The notes under the pieces are model-generated. The model was not told the DNA's origin. It did no database searches and was given only the letters and a program-made list of their open reading frames with translations. From a virus (Duplodnaviria > Caudoviricetes): a stretch of 64,000 nucleotides of DNA. The DNA is taken from the IMG/VR virus record IMGVR_UViG_3300014204_000162, positions 1 through 64,000 of that record; one strand, given 5' to 3'. This document shows, piece after piece, positions 18,903 to 28,819 of the stretch. The first letter of the stretch is position 1. Every line of letters begins with the position of its first letter. A program made the position numbers and the translations under genes.

Positions 18903-19385
18903 ATGAAATCTTATTTAAATAAAGCAGAGCGAGAGAATTACTGTGTTATGGCATTATCTGCAGGAGTAGCAGACGAAATATTAAAAAACTGGACTAATAA
19001 CCTCACAGCGGACGAACATAAATTTTTAAAAATGGCACAAACATATATCTATAAGTTTATGGACTCAATAAAAGCCAGAGTCGACAAAGATTTTGTACGG
19101 CAACTTTTAAGAGATGGCCATAGCAGCGAGATACTTGTCCTGCCAAAACTCAGGGCACAAAGGGAGTTTAAAGAGCGGAAACTTGATGATGGTTTTATAC
19201 AAGTAAACAAAGATACAATCCTTAACCTTGCTGAACATGCCTTGATAGGGTGTGAAGGCTGCACAAAAGATTATACAAAATGTGACCTTAGACAAGCCTA
19301 TATGGAACTTGAAATAGAAGCATTTAACCCTGATGCAAAGGACAAGTGCCAGTACAAAGTTGAAATTGAGAAGAAAGCAGTGTGA
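18903..19385 (+). CDS. Conserved Clostridia phage protein (DUF5651-like)
   Basis: 'MKSYLNK.ER' start and C-terminal C..C....C....C cluster. Confidence 0.6.
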   Translation: MKSYLNKAERENYCVMALSAGVADEILKNWTNNLTADEHKFLKMAQTYIYKFMDSIKARVDKDFVRQLLRDGHSSEILVLPKLRAQREFKERKLDDGFIQVNKDTILNLAEHALIGCEGCTKDYTKCDLRQAYMELEIEAFNPDAKDKCQYKVEIEKKAV

Positions 19386-19579
19386 TGGATTTTGAAGAAT
19401 TTTACAAGGTATACGGTAAGGGCTTTGATGATGCAGTTTTGGGAAAAGTTAGAGACATTCCAGATACGCAAGAAAAGATATACAGCATGGGATATAACGA
19501 TGGGCTAATTAATCTAAAAATTCATCCCAATACTATAAAACTTATGTACGATTTTTCAATTAGAAAAAAGAGAGGTTAA
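19382..19579 (+). CDS. Hypothetical protein
   Basis: Overlapping ORF. Confidence 0.45.
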   Translation: MMDFEEFYKVYGKGFDDAVLGKVRDIPDTQEKIYSMGYNDGLINLKIHPNTIKLMYDFSIRKKRG

Positions 19580-19722
19580 ACAATGAAAAATAAAAATAAG
19601 GATAATCACTGCAAAGAGTGTATGAGTAATAAAGTTAACGGCGGTACCTGTAATGGGATGCCGCTGCAGTATCCAAGCTGTGGAGGGCTCAAAATAAAGA
19701 AATAAGACATAGTCTGTTTATT

Positions 19723-21357
19723 ATGCGGCATAAAAGGAAGGTGAAGAATCTGGAATATAAATATAAAGTCTTATATCTCTTCTGCGGTATTGGTGGAGGA
19801 GCGTTAGGATTTCAACAGGCTAAAGAGGAATATAAGGGTATACATGGACAATTTGAGACAATATGCGGAATAGATTGTGATCCAGAGGCATGTAAGGATT
19901 TTGAGAGTATTACGGGTTCAAGAGCAGTACGAATGGATCTGTTTGATAGACAGCAATACAAAGCCTACCATGGAGAAGAACCTCCTGCAGATTGGCATGA
20001 AGTTACACATCTGGACATAAGAGAAGCTTGCAAAGGAATTGCTCCAGATGTGATATTTACATCACCACCCTGTAAGGGATTCAGTGGTTTACTGTCGGAG
20101 AAAAATGCAAAGAGTGAAAAGTATCAAGCATTAAATCAGTTGGTTATTAGAGGTTTATTCCTCACTTTGGAGGCTTTTAGGGATGATCTACCAGCATTGA
20201 TATTGATGGAGAATGTACCGAGGATAAAGACACGTGGGAAGGCTTTATTATACCAGGTTAAGACAATGCTTATGAGTTATGGATATCAATTTTCAGAAGG
20301 ATTCCATGATTGTGGAAAAATCGGGGGCCTTGCGCAACATAGAAAAAGGTATTTATTGATATGCAGAAATCCAAAGAAGATTCCAGGGTTTATGTATCAA
20401 CCACCAATACAGAAAGTGAAAGCAATAGGTGAAATTTTAGGACTGTTACCAATGCCAGATGATGAGAAGGCAGGCCCTATGCATCGGCTTCCAAAACTCC
20501 AATGGAAAACATGGATAAGACTAGCCCTCATTCCAGCGGGTGGAGATTGGCGGGATTTAGAAAAAGAATGTTATGCAAATATATATCAAGTGGCAAGCTT
20601 CAATAAGCCAAGTGCTGCAGTAACCGGAGCAATAAGGCCTAATAATGGTGCAATATCAATAGCAGATCCAAGATTAGATAAAGTACAAGGATACGCTAAT
20701 AAATTTAAGGTAGTCAAATGGAATGAGCCATCCGATACGATTACCGGAAGTAGAATAGGTTCAGGGGCTTCTATGTTAGCTGATCCAAGACTTAATGAAA
20801 GAAAGAAAAGGTATCCAGGACTATATAAAATCATTCCATGGAATGATACTTCCAGTACAATAATCGGGCAAACAGATTTACAATGTGGAGCATTAAGTGT
20901 TGCAGATCCAAGATTAAATTGTAAACCTAGAAATGGCACATTAGGTGTAATGAATTGGAATCAACCGGGTAAAACGGTAGTAGGTAATGCGGATATTGGA
21001 AAGGGATGTGCAGCTGTTGCAGACCCGAGAATACCCAAAGAAAGTGAAAGCGGCGTGTTTATAATCGAAGCGCTTGATGGCACCTGGCATAGACCATTGA
21101 CTACTTTGGAGCTTGCAGTTCTCCAGGGGTTCCCGACAAAGTTTTCTGACGGTAATCCGTTAAAGTTTGCCGGTAATTCAGATGCACACTGGAGGGAACG
21201 GATAGGAAATGCAGTACCGGTTGCTGCAGCACAGGCCATAGCAGAGACAATATTGAGGGCAATGCTTCCGGTATTAAAGCAAGAAATAGTCTTAGGATGG
21301 ACACCAATATGGGTACAACCAACAAGCTTAAAAATAATTAAAGAGATTGTAAGTTAG
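19723..21357 (+). CDS. Large DNA (cytosine-5) methyltransferase with tandemly repeated variable region
   Basis: Motifs LFCGIGG (I), SPPCKGFS (IV), ENVP (VI), QHRKR (VIII), LTTLELAVLQGFP (IX), IGNAVP (X). Confidence 0.85.
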   Translation: MRHKRKVKNLEYKYKVLYLFCGIGGGALGFQQAKEEYKGIHGQFETICGIDCDPEACKDFESITGSRAVRMDLFDRQQYKAYHGEEPPADWHEVTHLDIREACKGIAPDVIFTSPPCKGFSGLLSEKNAKSEKYQALNQLVIRGLFLTLEAFRDDLPALILMENVPRIKTRGKALLYQVKTMLMSYGYQFSEGFHDCGKIGGLAQHRKRYLLICRNPKKIPGFMYQPPIQKVKAIGEILGLLPMPDDEKAGPMHRLPKLQWKTWIRLALIPAGGDWRDLEKECYANIYQVASFNKPSAAVTGAIRPNNGAISIADPRLDKVQGYANKFKVVKWNEPSDTITGSRIGSGASMLADPRLNERKKRYPGLYKIIPWNDTSSTIIGQTDLQCGALSVADPRLNCKPRNGTLGVMNWNQPGKTVVGNADIGKGCAAVADPRIPKESESGVFIIEALDGTWHRPLTTLELAVLQGFPTKFSDGNPLKFAGNSDAHWRERIGNAVPVAAAQAIAETILRAMLPVLKQEIVLGWTPIWVQPTSLKIIKEIVS

Positions 21358-21409
21358 GTTACTGTAAAAAATGCGTCTTTACAATGTATTTACAAAGTAA
21401 ATAAAGAGG

Positions 21410-21631
21410 GTGAAGAAAATAGCTAAAATACTAAAGAATTATAGATTTTCAGAGGATACCGTTAAACAGCTTGAGGAGCTGCAGGTCGAGAGCGGAAAGA
21501 CGGCCACAGAGTTGGTTGAAGCAGCAGTAAATTATGTTTATGAGGAAATGACCAGGGCACTATCCGGGAGGGATCATGACCGGCTGTTAATAGCCCAGGT
21601 ACTCGGGAAAAGAATTGATAAGGTGAGTTGA
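21410..21631 (+). CDS. Small ribbon-helix-helix-like DNA-binding protein
   Basis: 'KNYRFSEDTVKQLEEL...GKTATELVEAAV'. Confidence 0.55.
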   Translation: MKKIAKILKNYRFSEDTVKQLEELQVESGKTATELVEAAVNYVYEEMTRALSGRDHDRLLIAQVLGKRIDKVS

Positions 21632-21643
21632 AAGGAGATAAAT

Positions 21644-22105
21644 ATGGTTCATGAATTAAAGACACTTCCAAAGTTTTTTAAAGAGGTTGTGGAAGGTAGG
21701 AAGCCTTTTGAAGTTAGAAAAGATGATAGAGATTATCAAGTTGGTGATTTACTTAAGCTTAATGAATTTGATCCTGAGAAACAGAAATATACAGGATGCT
21801 ATGCATGGCAACAAATTGTTTATATTCTTGGCAGGAATGAAGATGAAAAAATATTTGTGCCAGATGGATATGTGATATTGAGCTTAAAAGAGGGAACACC
21901 AGCAGATGCATCCAAATTCCCGAGGTCAGAAATAAAAGATATGCTCTATTACAGAGGGAAAATAAATAAACTTTTGGATAATGCAAAAAAGAACGGAATT
22001 CAACTCGCTATAAGAAATGTTCCTGGTGATGGAATAGGAATCTATTTTGAAGACGTAATTTCAAAGGAAAGCTGTAAAATACGAAACGAAGCGATAAAAC
22101 TGTAA
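21644..22105 (+). CDS. ASCH/DUF3850 domain protein
   Basis: 'HELKTLPKFFKEVVEGRKPFEVRKDDRDYQVGDLL.L.E'. Confidence 0.85.
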   Translation: MVHELKTLPKFFKEVVEGRKPFEVRKDDRDYQVGDLLKLNEFDPEKQKYTGCYAWQQIVYILGRNEDEKIFVPDGYVILSLKEGTPADASKFPRSEIKDMLYYRGKINKLLDNAKKNGIQLAIRNVPGDGIGIYFEDVISKESCKIRNEAIKL

Positions 22106-22392
22106 AGACAATATCTTAAAAGAAATTCTGTAAATTATGCAAAGGAAGGAGGAGCCTCTATGGACCCTAAAAAAATTCAAAAGTATATAGATGTTTTAGA
22201 TTGTATTCTTGCTGAGGATGTAACTGCCTGTAGTGATTGCCCTGGTAGAGATAAATGCGCTTTGGGGCACAATGATCTTTGCAAACATTTTACTTTAATA
22301 GATTTGCAAAATGATCTTAAAACGATGCAGGGCTAGGACGTAATACAAAGTTTATGTGAATTAGGACAAGTTTAAGAGAGGAGGGGGGAGAA

Positions 22393-22656
22393 ATGGGAAG
22401 TTATAAAGATAATGTATATGCTCTGCTCTATGCCATATTTAGCAATGATGCGGAAGAAGTTGCAGTTGATGTAGCACTTTTATACTTTCATTTGTTACCC
22501 TCAGCCTCCTATAAAATAAGAAAATTTACACAGGAAGAACTAAACGACATGCAACAATTGTATAAAGAAAGACATATGAAGCTCAGATATATAGCAGAAA
22601 AATATAATGTATCTACGATGTGTATATGGCGAAAATTGGAGAAGGGCAGGAGTTAG
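22393..22656 (+). CDS. Small HTH-like protein
   Basis: C-terminal 'LRYIAEKYNVSTMCIWRKL'. Confidence 0.55.
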   Translation: MGSYKDNVYALLYAIFSNDAEEVAVDVALLYFHLLPSASYKIRKFTQEELNDMQQLYKERHMKLRYIAEKYNVSTMCIWRKLEKGRS

Positions 22657-22817
22657 ATTGAGAAAAATTGCGTTTTGTGAATATCATGAATATTATATTA
22701 CCTACAGAAAACGCTTAAATGAATGCAAAAGAAGGCGCTGTAAATGGCTCAGATTGTGTGTGCAAAAATAAAACATAGTCTGTTTATAATGCGTAACTAA
22801 CAAGGAGGTGATATAAC

Positions 22818-23735
22818 TTGAAATTCGTTGATATGTTTTGTGGAATAGGCACTATAAGAATGGGTATGGAGCAGGCAGGTCATGAGTGTGTCTACTCAAT
22901 AGAATGGGATAAACACAAAAGGGGGATTTACAATGCTATCTTTGGAAAATATCCAGAAGGACAAGATATTCGGGCAGTACGAGCAAGTGACATTTCTCAA
23001 TCAGATTGTTGGACATTTGGCGCACCCTGCCAAGACTTCAGTATTGCAGGAACAAGAGCAGGACTTGAGGGAGACAAAAGCTCCCTTGTCAGAGAAGTAT
23101 TTAGACTTGTCAGGGAGACTGAAGAAGAATATAGACCCAAATACCTGCTCTATGAAAATGTTAAAGGAATGCTATCTTCAAATAAAGGATTTGACTACCT
23201 CGAAATACTGCTTGAAATGGACTCACTCGGGTACGATATCGAATGGCAATTGCTTAACTCAAAAAACTACGGAGTACCTCAAAATAGAGAAAGAATGTTC
23301 ACTATCGGACATCTTAGAGGAACAAGTACCAGAAAAATATTTCCTATCGTCTCCACAGTGGGTTGCGAGAATCCAGGCGTCTCTATTACGGCACGTGGAT
23401 ATGGGAGCCAAAGGAATGGGACTTATGTTGTTGAAAACCCCATAAACCTGAGGTTATTAATACCTGGCGCAGATGCTCAAAGGGTATATGATGGCAGGAT
23501 GCTTGGTAGAACATTAAAAGGTGAAAGTGGTGGTCAAGGCGGCAAGATGGGGCTTTATCTTATAGATGACAGGATAAGGCAGCTTACACCAAGGGAAACG
23601 TGGAGGATGCAAGGTATACCCGATTGTATAACAGATAAAGTTTTACAAGCTGGCATAAGTGACAATCAATTATATAGGGGTGCAGGTGATGCTTGCACAG
23701 TTAACGTAATATATGAGATTGCAAAGCGACTTTAG
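22818..23735 (+). CDS. DNA (cytosine-5) methyltransferase
   Basis: DMFCGIG (I), GAPCQDFS (IV), ENVKG (VI), PQNRER (VIII), LTPRE..RMQG (IX); atypical motif X 'YRGAGDAC'. Confidence 0.9.
   Translation: MKFVDMFCGIGTIRMGMEQAGHECVYSIEWDKHKRGIYNAIFGKYPEGQDIRAVRASDISQSDCWTFGAPCQDFSIAGTRAGLEGDKSSLVREVFRLVRETEEEYRPKYLLYENVKGMLSSNKGFDYLEILLEMDSLGYDIEWQLLNSKNYGVPQNRERMFTIGHLRGTSTRKIFPIVSTVGCENPGVSITARGYGSQRNGTYVVENPINLRLLIPGADAQRVYDGRMLGRTLKGESGGQGGKMGLYLIDDRIRQLTPRETWRMQGIPDCITDKVLQAGISDNQLYRGAGDACTVNVIYEIAKRL
22933..23445 (+). CDS. Nested alternative-frame ORF, M.EcoHK31I beta-polypeptide-like
   Basis: 170-aa ORF entirely inside the MTase gene; GGGGG SD-like sequence 7 nt before ATG; 'KWTHSGTISNG...ECSLSDILEEQVPEKYFLS' motif. 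Confidence 0.55.
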   Translation: MLSLENIQKDKIFGQYEQVTFLNQIVGHLAHPAKTSVLQEQEQDLRETKAPLSEKYLDLSGRLKKNIDPNTCSMKMLKECYLQIKDLTTSKYCLKWTHSGTISNGNCLTQKTTEYLKIEKECSLSDILEEQVPEKYFLSSPQWVARIQASLLRHVDMGAKGMGLMLLKTP

Positions 23736-23891
23736 GTCGCAATTCAAAGTTATTGTGGCGTAAAAACAACTAATTTTGTTACTGGCATGGATATAAAATA
23801 CAACTGCATTAGGTTTAACGGGCGATATATTTGTACAATCTATGCTGTCTGGAGCATTGGCCCGGTGCTCTGGACAATAAGGAGGGCAATA

Positions 23892-24185
23892 ATGAAACAG
23901 CATGTAACGCCAACACAGATGCAAGAAATTACAGAAGAACAATTATATAGTTTGTTTGATGAGATAGTAAAAAGAAAAGATTGGGCCAATTATCATCACA
24001 AGAAAATGACTATAGGCAAGATGATAGAGATATTGCATAAAAGATCGTGCGATATACGAATAGAGAGCGCTGGTCAAGTTTGGTATATAGATAACAATAT
24101 ACCTAATGCGAATGAACATGGATATACCGAACTATGCGACGTCTTATGGCAAGCGGTAAAACAAATACTGGAGGATGATAAATAA
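23892..24185 (+). CDS. Hypothetical protein
   Basis: SD GGAGGG before ATG 23892. Confidence 0.55.
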   Translation: MKQHVTPTQMQEITEEQLYSLFDEIVKRKDWANYHHKKMTIGKMIEILHKRSCDIRIESAGQVWYIDNNIPNANEHGYTELCDVLWQAVKQILEDDK

Positions 24186-24400
24186 TGGCTAACTTGAAGG
24201 TTAAGGTTGATTTACTAAATTTAGATAATGTTAAAAAGGCTTACGAAATAGCAAACAATGCTATCTACTTCAACGATAGAAGCGATTATAAAACTGCTTT
24301 ATGGGAAGTTTGCAAAAGCTTATGTCCTAATATTGAAGATGAAGAAATAGGTAAAGAGTATATTGATTTAGGCAATAGAACACAGGAGGAAACAAAATGA
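24185..24400 (+). CDS. Hypothetical protein
   Basis: Coupled ORF. Confidence 0.5.
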   Translation: MANLKVKVDLLNLDNVKKAYEIANNAIYFNDRSDYKTALWEVCKSLCPNIEDEEIGKEYIDLGNRTQEETK

Positions 24401-24813
24401 AAATAAAACTCTTAGATAAGAATTGTATGCCGTTTAAAAAATACGAAAAGGACGCAGGATGGGACTTGAAGAGCCGGTACATGGTTACATTGAACCCGCT
24501 GGAGACAAAGAAAATTACTACAGGCGTATGTATAGAAATCCCTACAGGATGTGCAGGCGATATAAGGCCGAGAAGCAGTATATCCGAAAGGGGTATACAA
24601 ATACATTATGGGACTGTAGATGTGGGCTACACAGGCGAGGTAGGAGTTATTATGACAAACATTAGCGGTGAGCCTGTGACCATAGGAGCATATGAGAGAG
24701 TAGCACAATTGGTGATAAACAAGCTGAGTGAGGACAACAAACTTGAAGTAGTAGACGAACTACCAGAGAGTGACCGGGGCAATAACGGCTTCGGCAGCAC
24801 AGGGAGGGTATAG
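24397..24813 (+). CDS. dut: dUTPase (trimeric)
   Basis: AGWDL, RSS, GTVDVGYTGE, RVAQLV, RGNNGFGSTG motifs. Confidence 0.95.
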   Translation: MKIKLLDKNCMPFKKYEKDAGWDLKSRYMVTLNPLETKKITTGVCIEIPTGCAGDIRPRSSISERGIQIHYGTVDVGYTGEVGVIMTNISGEPVTIGAYERVAQLVINKLSEDNKLEVVDELPESDRGNNGFGSTGRV

Positions 24814-24814
24814 G

Positions 24815-25126
24815 ATGGTAAAAACTATAATATGTATGCTATGCCTATACGGGTTATATTGCCTTTACTCTATTTTTAGATGCAATTTAGCATACAGATA
24901 TTGGGTATATTGGGCTGATTTAATTCGTGATTACTCAATTTATTTGATACAGCAAAGAGAATATGAAAAATCCATGATAAGTATACAAAATGAAATAACC
25001 CCATCTTATGAATACTGCAAATATCTCTTTGAATTCAATCGTGATGCAATGGTAAAAGATAAAGAATTACTTAAAAAGCTGAAACAATTTGAGAGAGAAA
25101 TAAGACAGAAGGAGGATATAGGATGA
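24815..25126 (+). CDS. Hypothetical protein with hydrophobic N-terminus
   Basis: SD GGGAGGG before ATG 24815. Confidence 0.5.
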   Translation: MVKTIICMLCLYGLYCLYSIFRCNLAYRYWVYWADLIRDYSIYLIQQREYEKSMISIQNEITPSYEYCKYLFEFNRDAMVKDKELLKKLKQFEREIRQKEDIG

Positions 25127-25662
25127 AAACAATAACTATATGGCAACCGTGGGCGTCGCTGATAGCCATAGGCGCAAAGCACTATGAAACAAGGTCATGG
25201 GCTACAAATTATAGGGGGCCAATTGCGATACATGCAGCGGCGCTTAACCCGTTCAAGGCAATCAAACTGATTCAGAATGATACGGTTATGGAAATGCGGA
25301 GAGTTCTTAAGGATAGAGGGATACTTACGCCGAGTACCGATTTCCGTATGTTACCTCTCGGTTGCATAATCGCCACAGCAAAACTTGTAAACTGCTGGCA
25401 TATCGTATGTAACCCTGGCGTGGATATTGATGTTGCAAAACATATACCCATTGGAGCAGAGAGCATAACAATAGATAAACATGCGCCGGATTTTGCTGAT
25501 TATTTCATTCCAACGGAGCAGGAACAGCTATTTGGTGATTGGACACCCGGGCGTTATGCATGGCAGCTTGAGGATGTTGTAATGCTCAAAAAACCCATAC
25601 CGGTAAAAGGGCAGCAAAGATTATGGAACTTTGACGATAGGCTATTGAAGGGGGCATTTTGA
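25123..25662 (+). CDS. ASCH domain protein
   Basis: 'ITIWQPWASLIA.G.K.YETRSW.T.YRGPIAIHA', 'P.KGQQRLW'. Confidence 0.9.
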   Translation: MKTITIWQPWASLIAIGAKHYETRSWATNYRGPIAIHAAALNPFKAIKLIQNDTVMEMRRVLKDRGILTPSTDFRMLPLGCIIATAKLVNCWHIVCNPGVDIDVAKHIPIGAESITIDKHAPDFADYFIPTEQEQLFGDWTPGRYAWQLEDVVMLKKPIPVKGQQRLWNFDDRLLKGAF

Positions 25663-26087
25663 TGGACGAGTTGCCAGACAAGATAATTGATATAGACATA
25701 GTAAGGGCAAACTGGAACTTCAAGAAAAAATGTACATGCCAAAATAGAACCTTTGTGGTTGACCCGCGTAATAGAGAGATACATTGTGGTCAATGCGGTG
25801 AAATAGTAGACCCATTTGAAGCCCTGCTGGAATTGTCAAACCACTATGAGCGAATTAATAGTCAACTACATCAAATATATGAGCAAAAGGTTGAACTAAG
25901 CAAATATAAGCCGCATCTGTTAGTAATTAAATCTTTGGAGAGTCAATATAGAGGGGAAAAGATGTTGCCATTGTGTCCCGTTTGCCATGAACCATTTTAC
26001 CTTGAAGAAATAACTAGCTGGACCGGATGGATCTATGGGGAAGCGAGGATAGCACAAAGAAGGGAAGAACGGAAGGAGGATGAATAA
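25659..26087 (+). CDS. Hypothetical zinc-binding phage protein
   Basis: CxC, CxxC and CPVC motifs. Confidence 0.6.
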   Translation: MMDELPDKIIDIDIVRANWNFKKKCTCQNRTFVVDPRNREIHCGQCGEIVDPFEALLELSNHYERINSQLHQIYEQKVELSKYKPHLLVIKSLESQYRGEKMLPLCPVCHEPFYLEEITSWTGWIYGEARIAQRREERKEDE

Positions 26088-26496
26088 GCAAGTGAGAAAA
26101 ATTATCGTAATAGACACAATTTTCATAGTGGCTGTAATGCTTGTAATGATAATGATGGTTTCCTTACGTCAAATGATAACGACTCAGGATGAACTTAAAG
26201 CAAACCAGCAGCAACTTGAAGACAGAATCAATAATTCATCTCATATAGAAGTAGAAAAGCCACATAAAGTAATCGGCAAATGGCAAATAGTCCTTTTCAA
26301 CGCAGGTATTATCCCAACCAAAACTATAAAAACTAGTTGCTTTTATGTGAAAGAAAAAGTTGTCTGGTACGCTGATCCACTCACAGGGGATGAGCTGCCA
26401 CTACCGGAAGAAGCAATGGTTATACCAGACGATGGTCGGGAACTTGAACAATATGGTGTATATAAAGATATTCAGCCTTTATATGAAGGGCGGTGA
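26080..26496 (+). CDS. Membrane-anchored hypothetical protein
   Basis: N-terminal TM helix then coiled coil. Confidence 0.55.
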   Translation: MNKQVRKIIVIDTIFIVAVMLVMIMMVSLRQMITTQDELKANQQQLEDRINNSSHIEVEKPHKVIGKWQIVLFNAGIIPTKTIKTSCFYVKEKVVWYADPLTGDELPLPEEAMVIPDDGRELEQYGVYKDIQPLYEGR

Positions 26497-27029
26497 AAAA
26501 AATGAATAAAGAAACATTTAGGAAAACAGAAAGAATGTTATATGAATACTACCATAACATACAGGAGATAGAACGCCTAGAAAATAAATGTAAAATTCTT
26601 GAAGACCAACGGGAAAAGATACGACAGGATATTAGAGAAACAAAGGTAACGATTGAAACAGAAATGAATATGGGGATAAATTATAATGCGGAGAAAGTAC
26701 AGACATCAAGTAGTGGTACAAGCTATGCAGAAGCTGAAACAATCCGGCAAGTGCAGAAATTAGAAGAAGAATGGAAATACACAAGAAAGTTGATATTAAA
26801 GGTTCATGCAAAAATTAGAGAAGTAAAAAAACGTAATATTGACCTCGAATGGTATATTTCAAATATGGCTACAGAATACCGGTTTGTTGCTGAAATGAAA
26901 TATAAAGACCGTCTAACGTTGAACGAGATAAGCCAAAAATGCAGAATGTCGATAAGTGCAGTTGCCCGCAGCAGGGAAAAGATTGTTTTCTATGCTTCAA
27001 GATATACCTCGAAAGTAGTTGAAATGTAA
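26493..27029 (+). CDS. RinA/ArpU-like late transcriptional regulator (sigma region-4-like C-terminal HTH)
   Basis: 'F.KTERMLYEYY', coiled coil, C-terminal 'EMKYKD.LT..EIS.KC.MS.S.V.R.REK'. Confidence 0.65.
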   Translation: MKKMNKETFRKTERMLYEYYHNIQEIERLENKCKILEDQREKIRQDIRETKVTIETEMNMGINYNAEKVQTSSSGTSYAEAETIRQVQKLEEEWKYTRKLILKVHAKIREVKKRNIDLEWYISNMATEYRFVAEMKYKDRLTLNEISQKCRMSISAVARSREKIVFYASRYTSKVVEM

Positions 27030-27154
27030 AAAAGGCAGAGTAACAAATATGCAAGATGCAAAATGGTCATAATCGGTATAACAGAGCCAAAAGGTAAAAA
27101 TCTATGAGGGTTGAATATCATCAACCCTCAACCTTAAAAATGGAGTGAACATAT

Positions 27155-28060
27155 ATGAATAAAGAAATAGAAGGGATTATTAGAGCAATAGCAGATAATG
27201 ATACTCAAAAGGCAAAGACATATGCAAAAATAATTATAAATGCAGATAAAACAATAGCAAATAAGGCATTTTGCAACGCAATGAAGAATAAGCTTCAAAC
27301 ATCTTCAATGAATCTACTGGAACTGCCACAGAATGTAAAAGAATTTTTAATAATGGAAGATGTTTCGGTATCATTTAATGAAAATAGATATTTTCTATCA
27401 GAACGGGAAGAGGAGGTTTTTGAGGAAGTTAAAGGAATGTATGAAACAAGCTTGAAATTGTCTGAAATGGGAATACAATACCTTAATTCATTGATGCTTC
27501 ATGGCGAGAGCGGCACAGGGAAAACATTGTTCGGCAAATATATTGCTTACAAATTAAGGCTTCCATTTGCATATATGAATTTTTCAAACACAATAAGCAG
27601 CTACTTAGGGAGCACGGCAAAGAACATATCAAAAGCATTTTCATTTGTCGAAAATCAAAAATGCGTCTTTATGCTGGATGAGGTTGACGCTATAGGAATG
27701 TCAAGAGGTGACAATAAAGATGTTAGTGAAATGTCGAGGATAACAATAGCACTCATGCAGGCCCTTGACTGTATTAGAAACGATACGATAATCATAGGGG
27801 CAACAAACAGAGTCGATATGATAGACAAGGCATTATTAAGACGGTTCACGATGCAACATGAAGTAAAGAAATTTAAGACAGAAGAAAAAGAATCAATGAT
27901 AGTAAAATTTCTTAATAATGTAAAAGTATCTTATGAGCTAAACGATATATACCAATATTGTGTAAACCACGCCGAATGTCAAGCCTATATTATCAATGAT
28001 GTTATTAGAGCAATTGCTTCAAGTGTTAGAACTGGGAATAAGTTTAAATTATCGGAATAG
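27155..28060 (+). CDS. Classical AAA+ ATPase (Cdc48/FtsH-like clade)
   Basis: Walker A GESGTGKT, Walker B FMLDEVD, second region of homology 'GATNRVDMIDKALLRRF'. Confidence 0.9.
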   Translation: MNKEIEGIIRAIADNDTQKAKTYAKIIINADKTIANKAFCNAMKNKLQTSSMNLLELPQNVKEFLIMEDVSVSFNENRYFLSEREEEVFEEVKGMYETSLKLSEMGIQYLNSLMLHGESGTGKTLFGKYIAYKLRLPFAYMNFSNTISSYLGSTAKNISKAFSFVENQKCVFMLDEVDAIGMSRGDNKDVSEMSRITIALMQALDCIRNDTIIIGATNRVDMIDKALLRRFTMQHEVKKFKTEEKESMIVKFLNNVKVSYELNDIYQYCVNHAECQAYIINDVIRAIASSVRTGNKFKLSE

Positions 28061-28064
28061 GCAG

Positions 28065-28631
28065 GTGATAAGAATTAAAACGGAATTAACGCTAAAGCTT
28101 GAAAGAGACATATGGGGAGCCACCGCAAAGCAAGGCGTGTTCGGATGCTTTGAGGTTACTATAGGATGGTTTGGAGAGGAAAGAGTAGATTATATGACCT
28201 ATGATACAAAAGGGATATGGCGTTGCTATGAAATTAAAATATCAAAGTCAGATTTCCACAGCAAGGCACACAATACCTTCATAGGACATTATAATTATTA
28301 TGTTATGACGCAAGAATTATATGAACAGATAAAAGAAGAAATTCCAAACCATATTGGTGTTTATATTGGCGATAGTTGCGTTAAAAAAGCTAAGAGACAG
28401 GAATTAACTATTGATGAACAAATACTCAAAAACTCTTTAATACGCTCATTATATAGAGAAGCAGAGAAAACATTTAAGGGCGGGAATCCTGCAATTGTAG
28501 AGTCATTGGCAAAGAATTGGAATAACGCTAGAAAAGATGCTGATAAATGGAAACATTCATATTGGAAATTAATGAGAATTGGGCAGGAAAAGTATGGTAC
28601 GAGATGGGATAAAGAAAGTGAGGAGGTATAA
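28065..28631 (+). CDS. MmcB-like PD-(D/E)XK nuclease-fold protein
   Basis: 'FEVTIG...ERVDY...RCYEIKISKSDF.S' motif; GTG start with SD. Confidence 0.7.
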   Translation: MIRIKTELTLKLERDIWGATAKQGVFGCFEVTIGWFGEERVDYMTYDTKGIWRCYEIKISKSDFHSKAHNTFIGHYNYYVMTQELYEQIKEEIPNHIGVYIGDSCVKKAKRQELTIDEQILKNSLIRSLYREAEKTFKGGNPAIVESLAKNWNNARKDADKWKHSYWKLMRIGQEKYGTRWDKESEEV

Positions 28632-28633
28632 CC

Positions 28634-28819
28634 TTGACGGATAAAAAGATAGTATTTCAAGCAACCGGCAAAGAAATATTCAATTTTCTTGCATGTGAAA
28701 GTCAAAATATAGCGAATTATTATCATGTTGATTGGAAAGAGCTAACGCTTGAGCAGGTAATGGATTATTATAATTCTCCTGAACGGCAAAAGTCCGTGTT
28801 TATGCTGAGAGAATGGTAG
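28634..28819 (+). CDS. Hypothetical protein
   Basis: SD GGAGG; TTG start. Confidence 0.45.
   Translation: MTDKKIVFQATGKEIFNFLACESQNIANYYHVDWKELTLEQVMDYYNSPERQKSVFMLREW

Noticed and set aside
27155-28060. IetAS-type ATPase-protease toxin-antitoxin system
   Set aside because: No S8 peptidase gene adjacent; the downstream gene has a nuclease fold.
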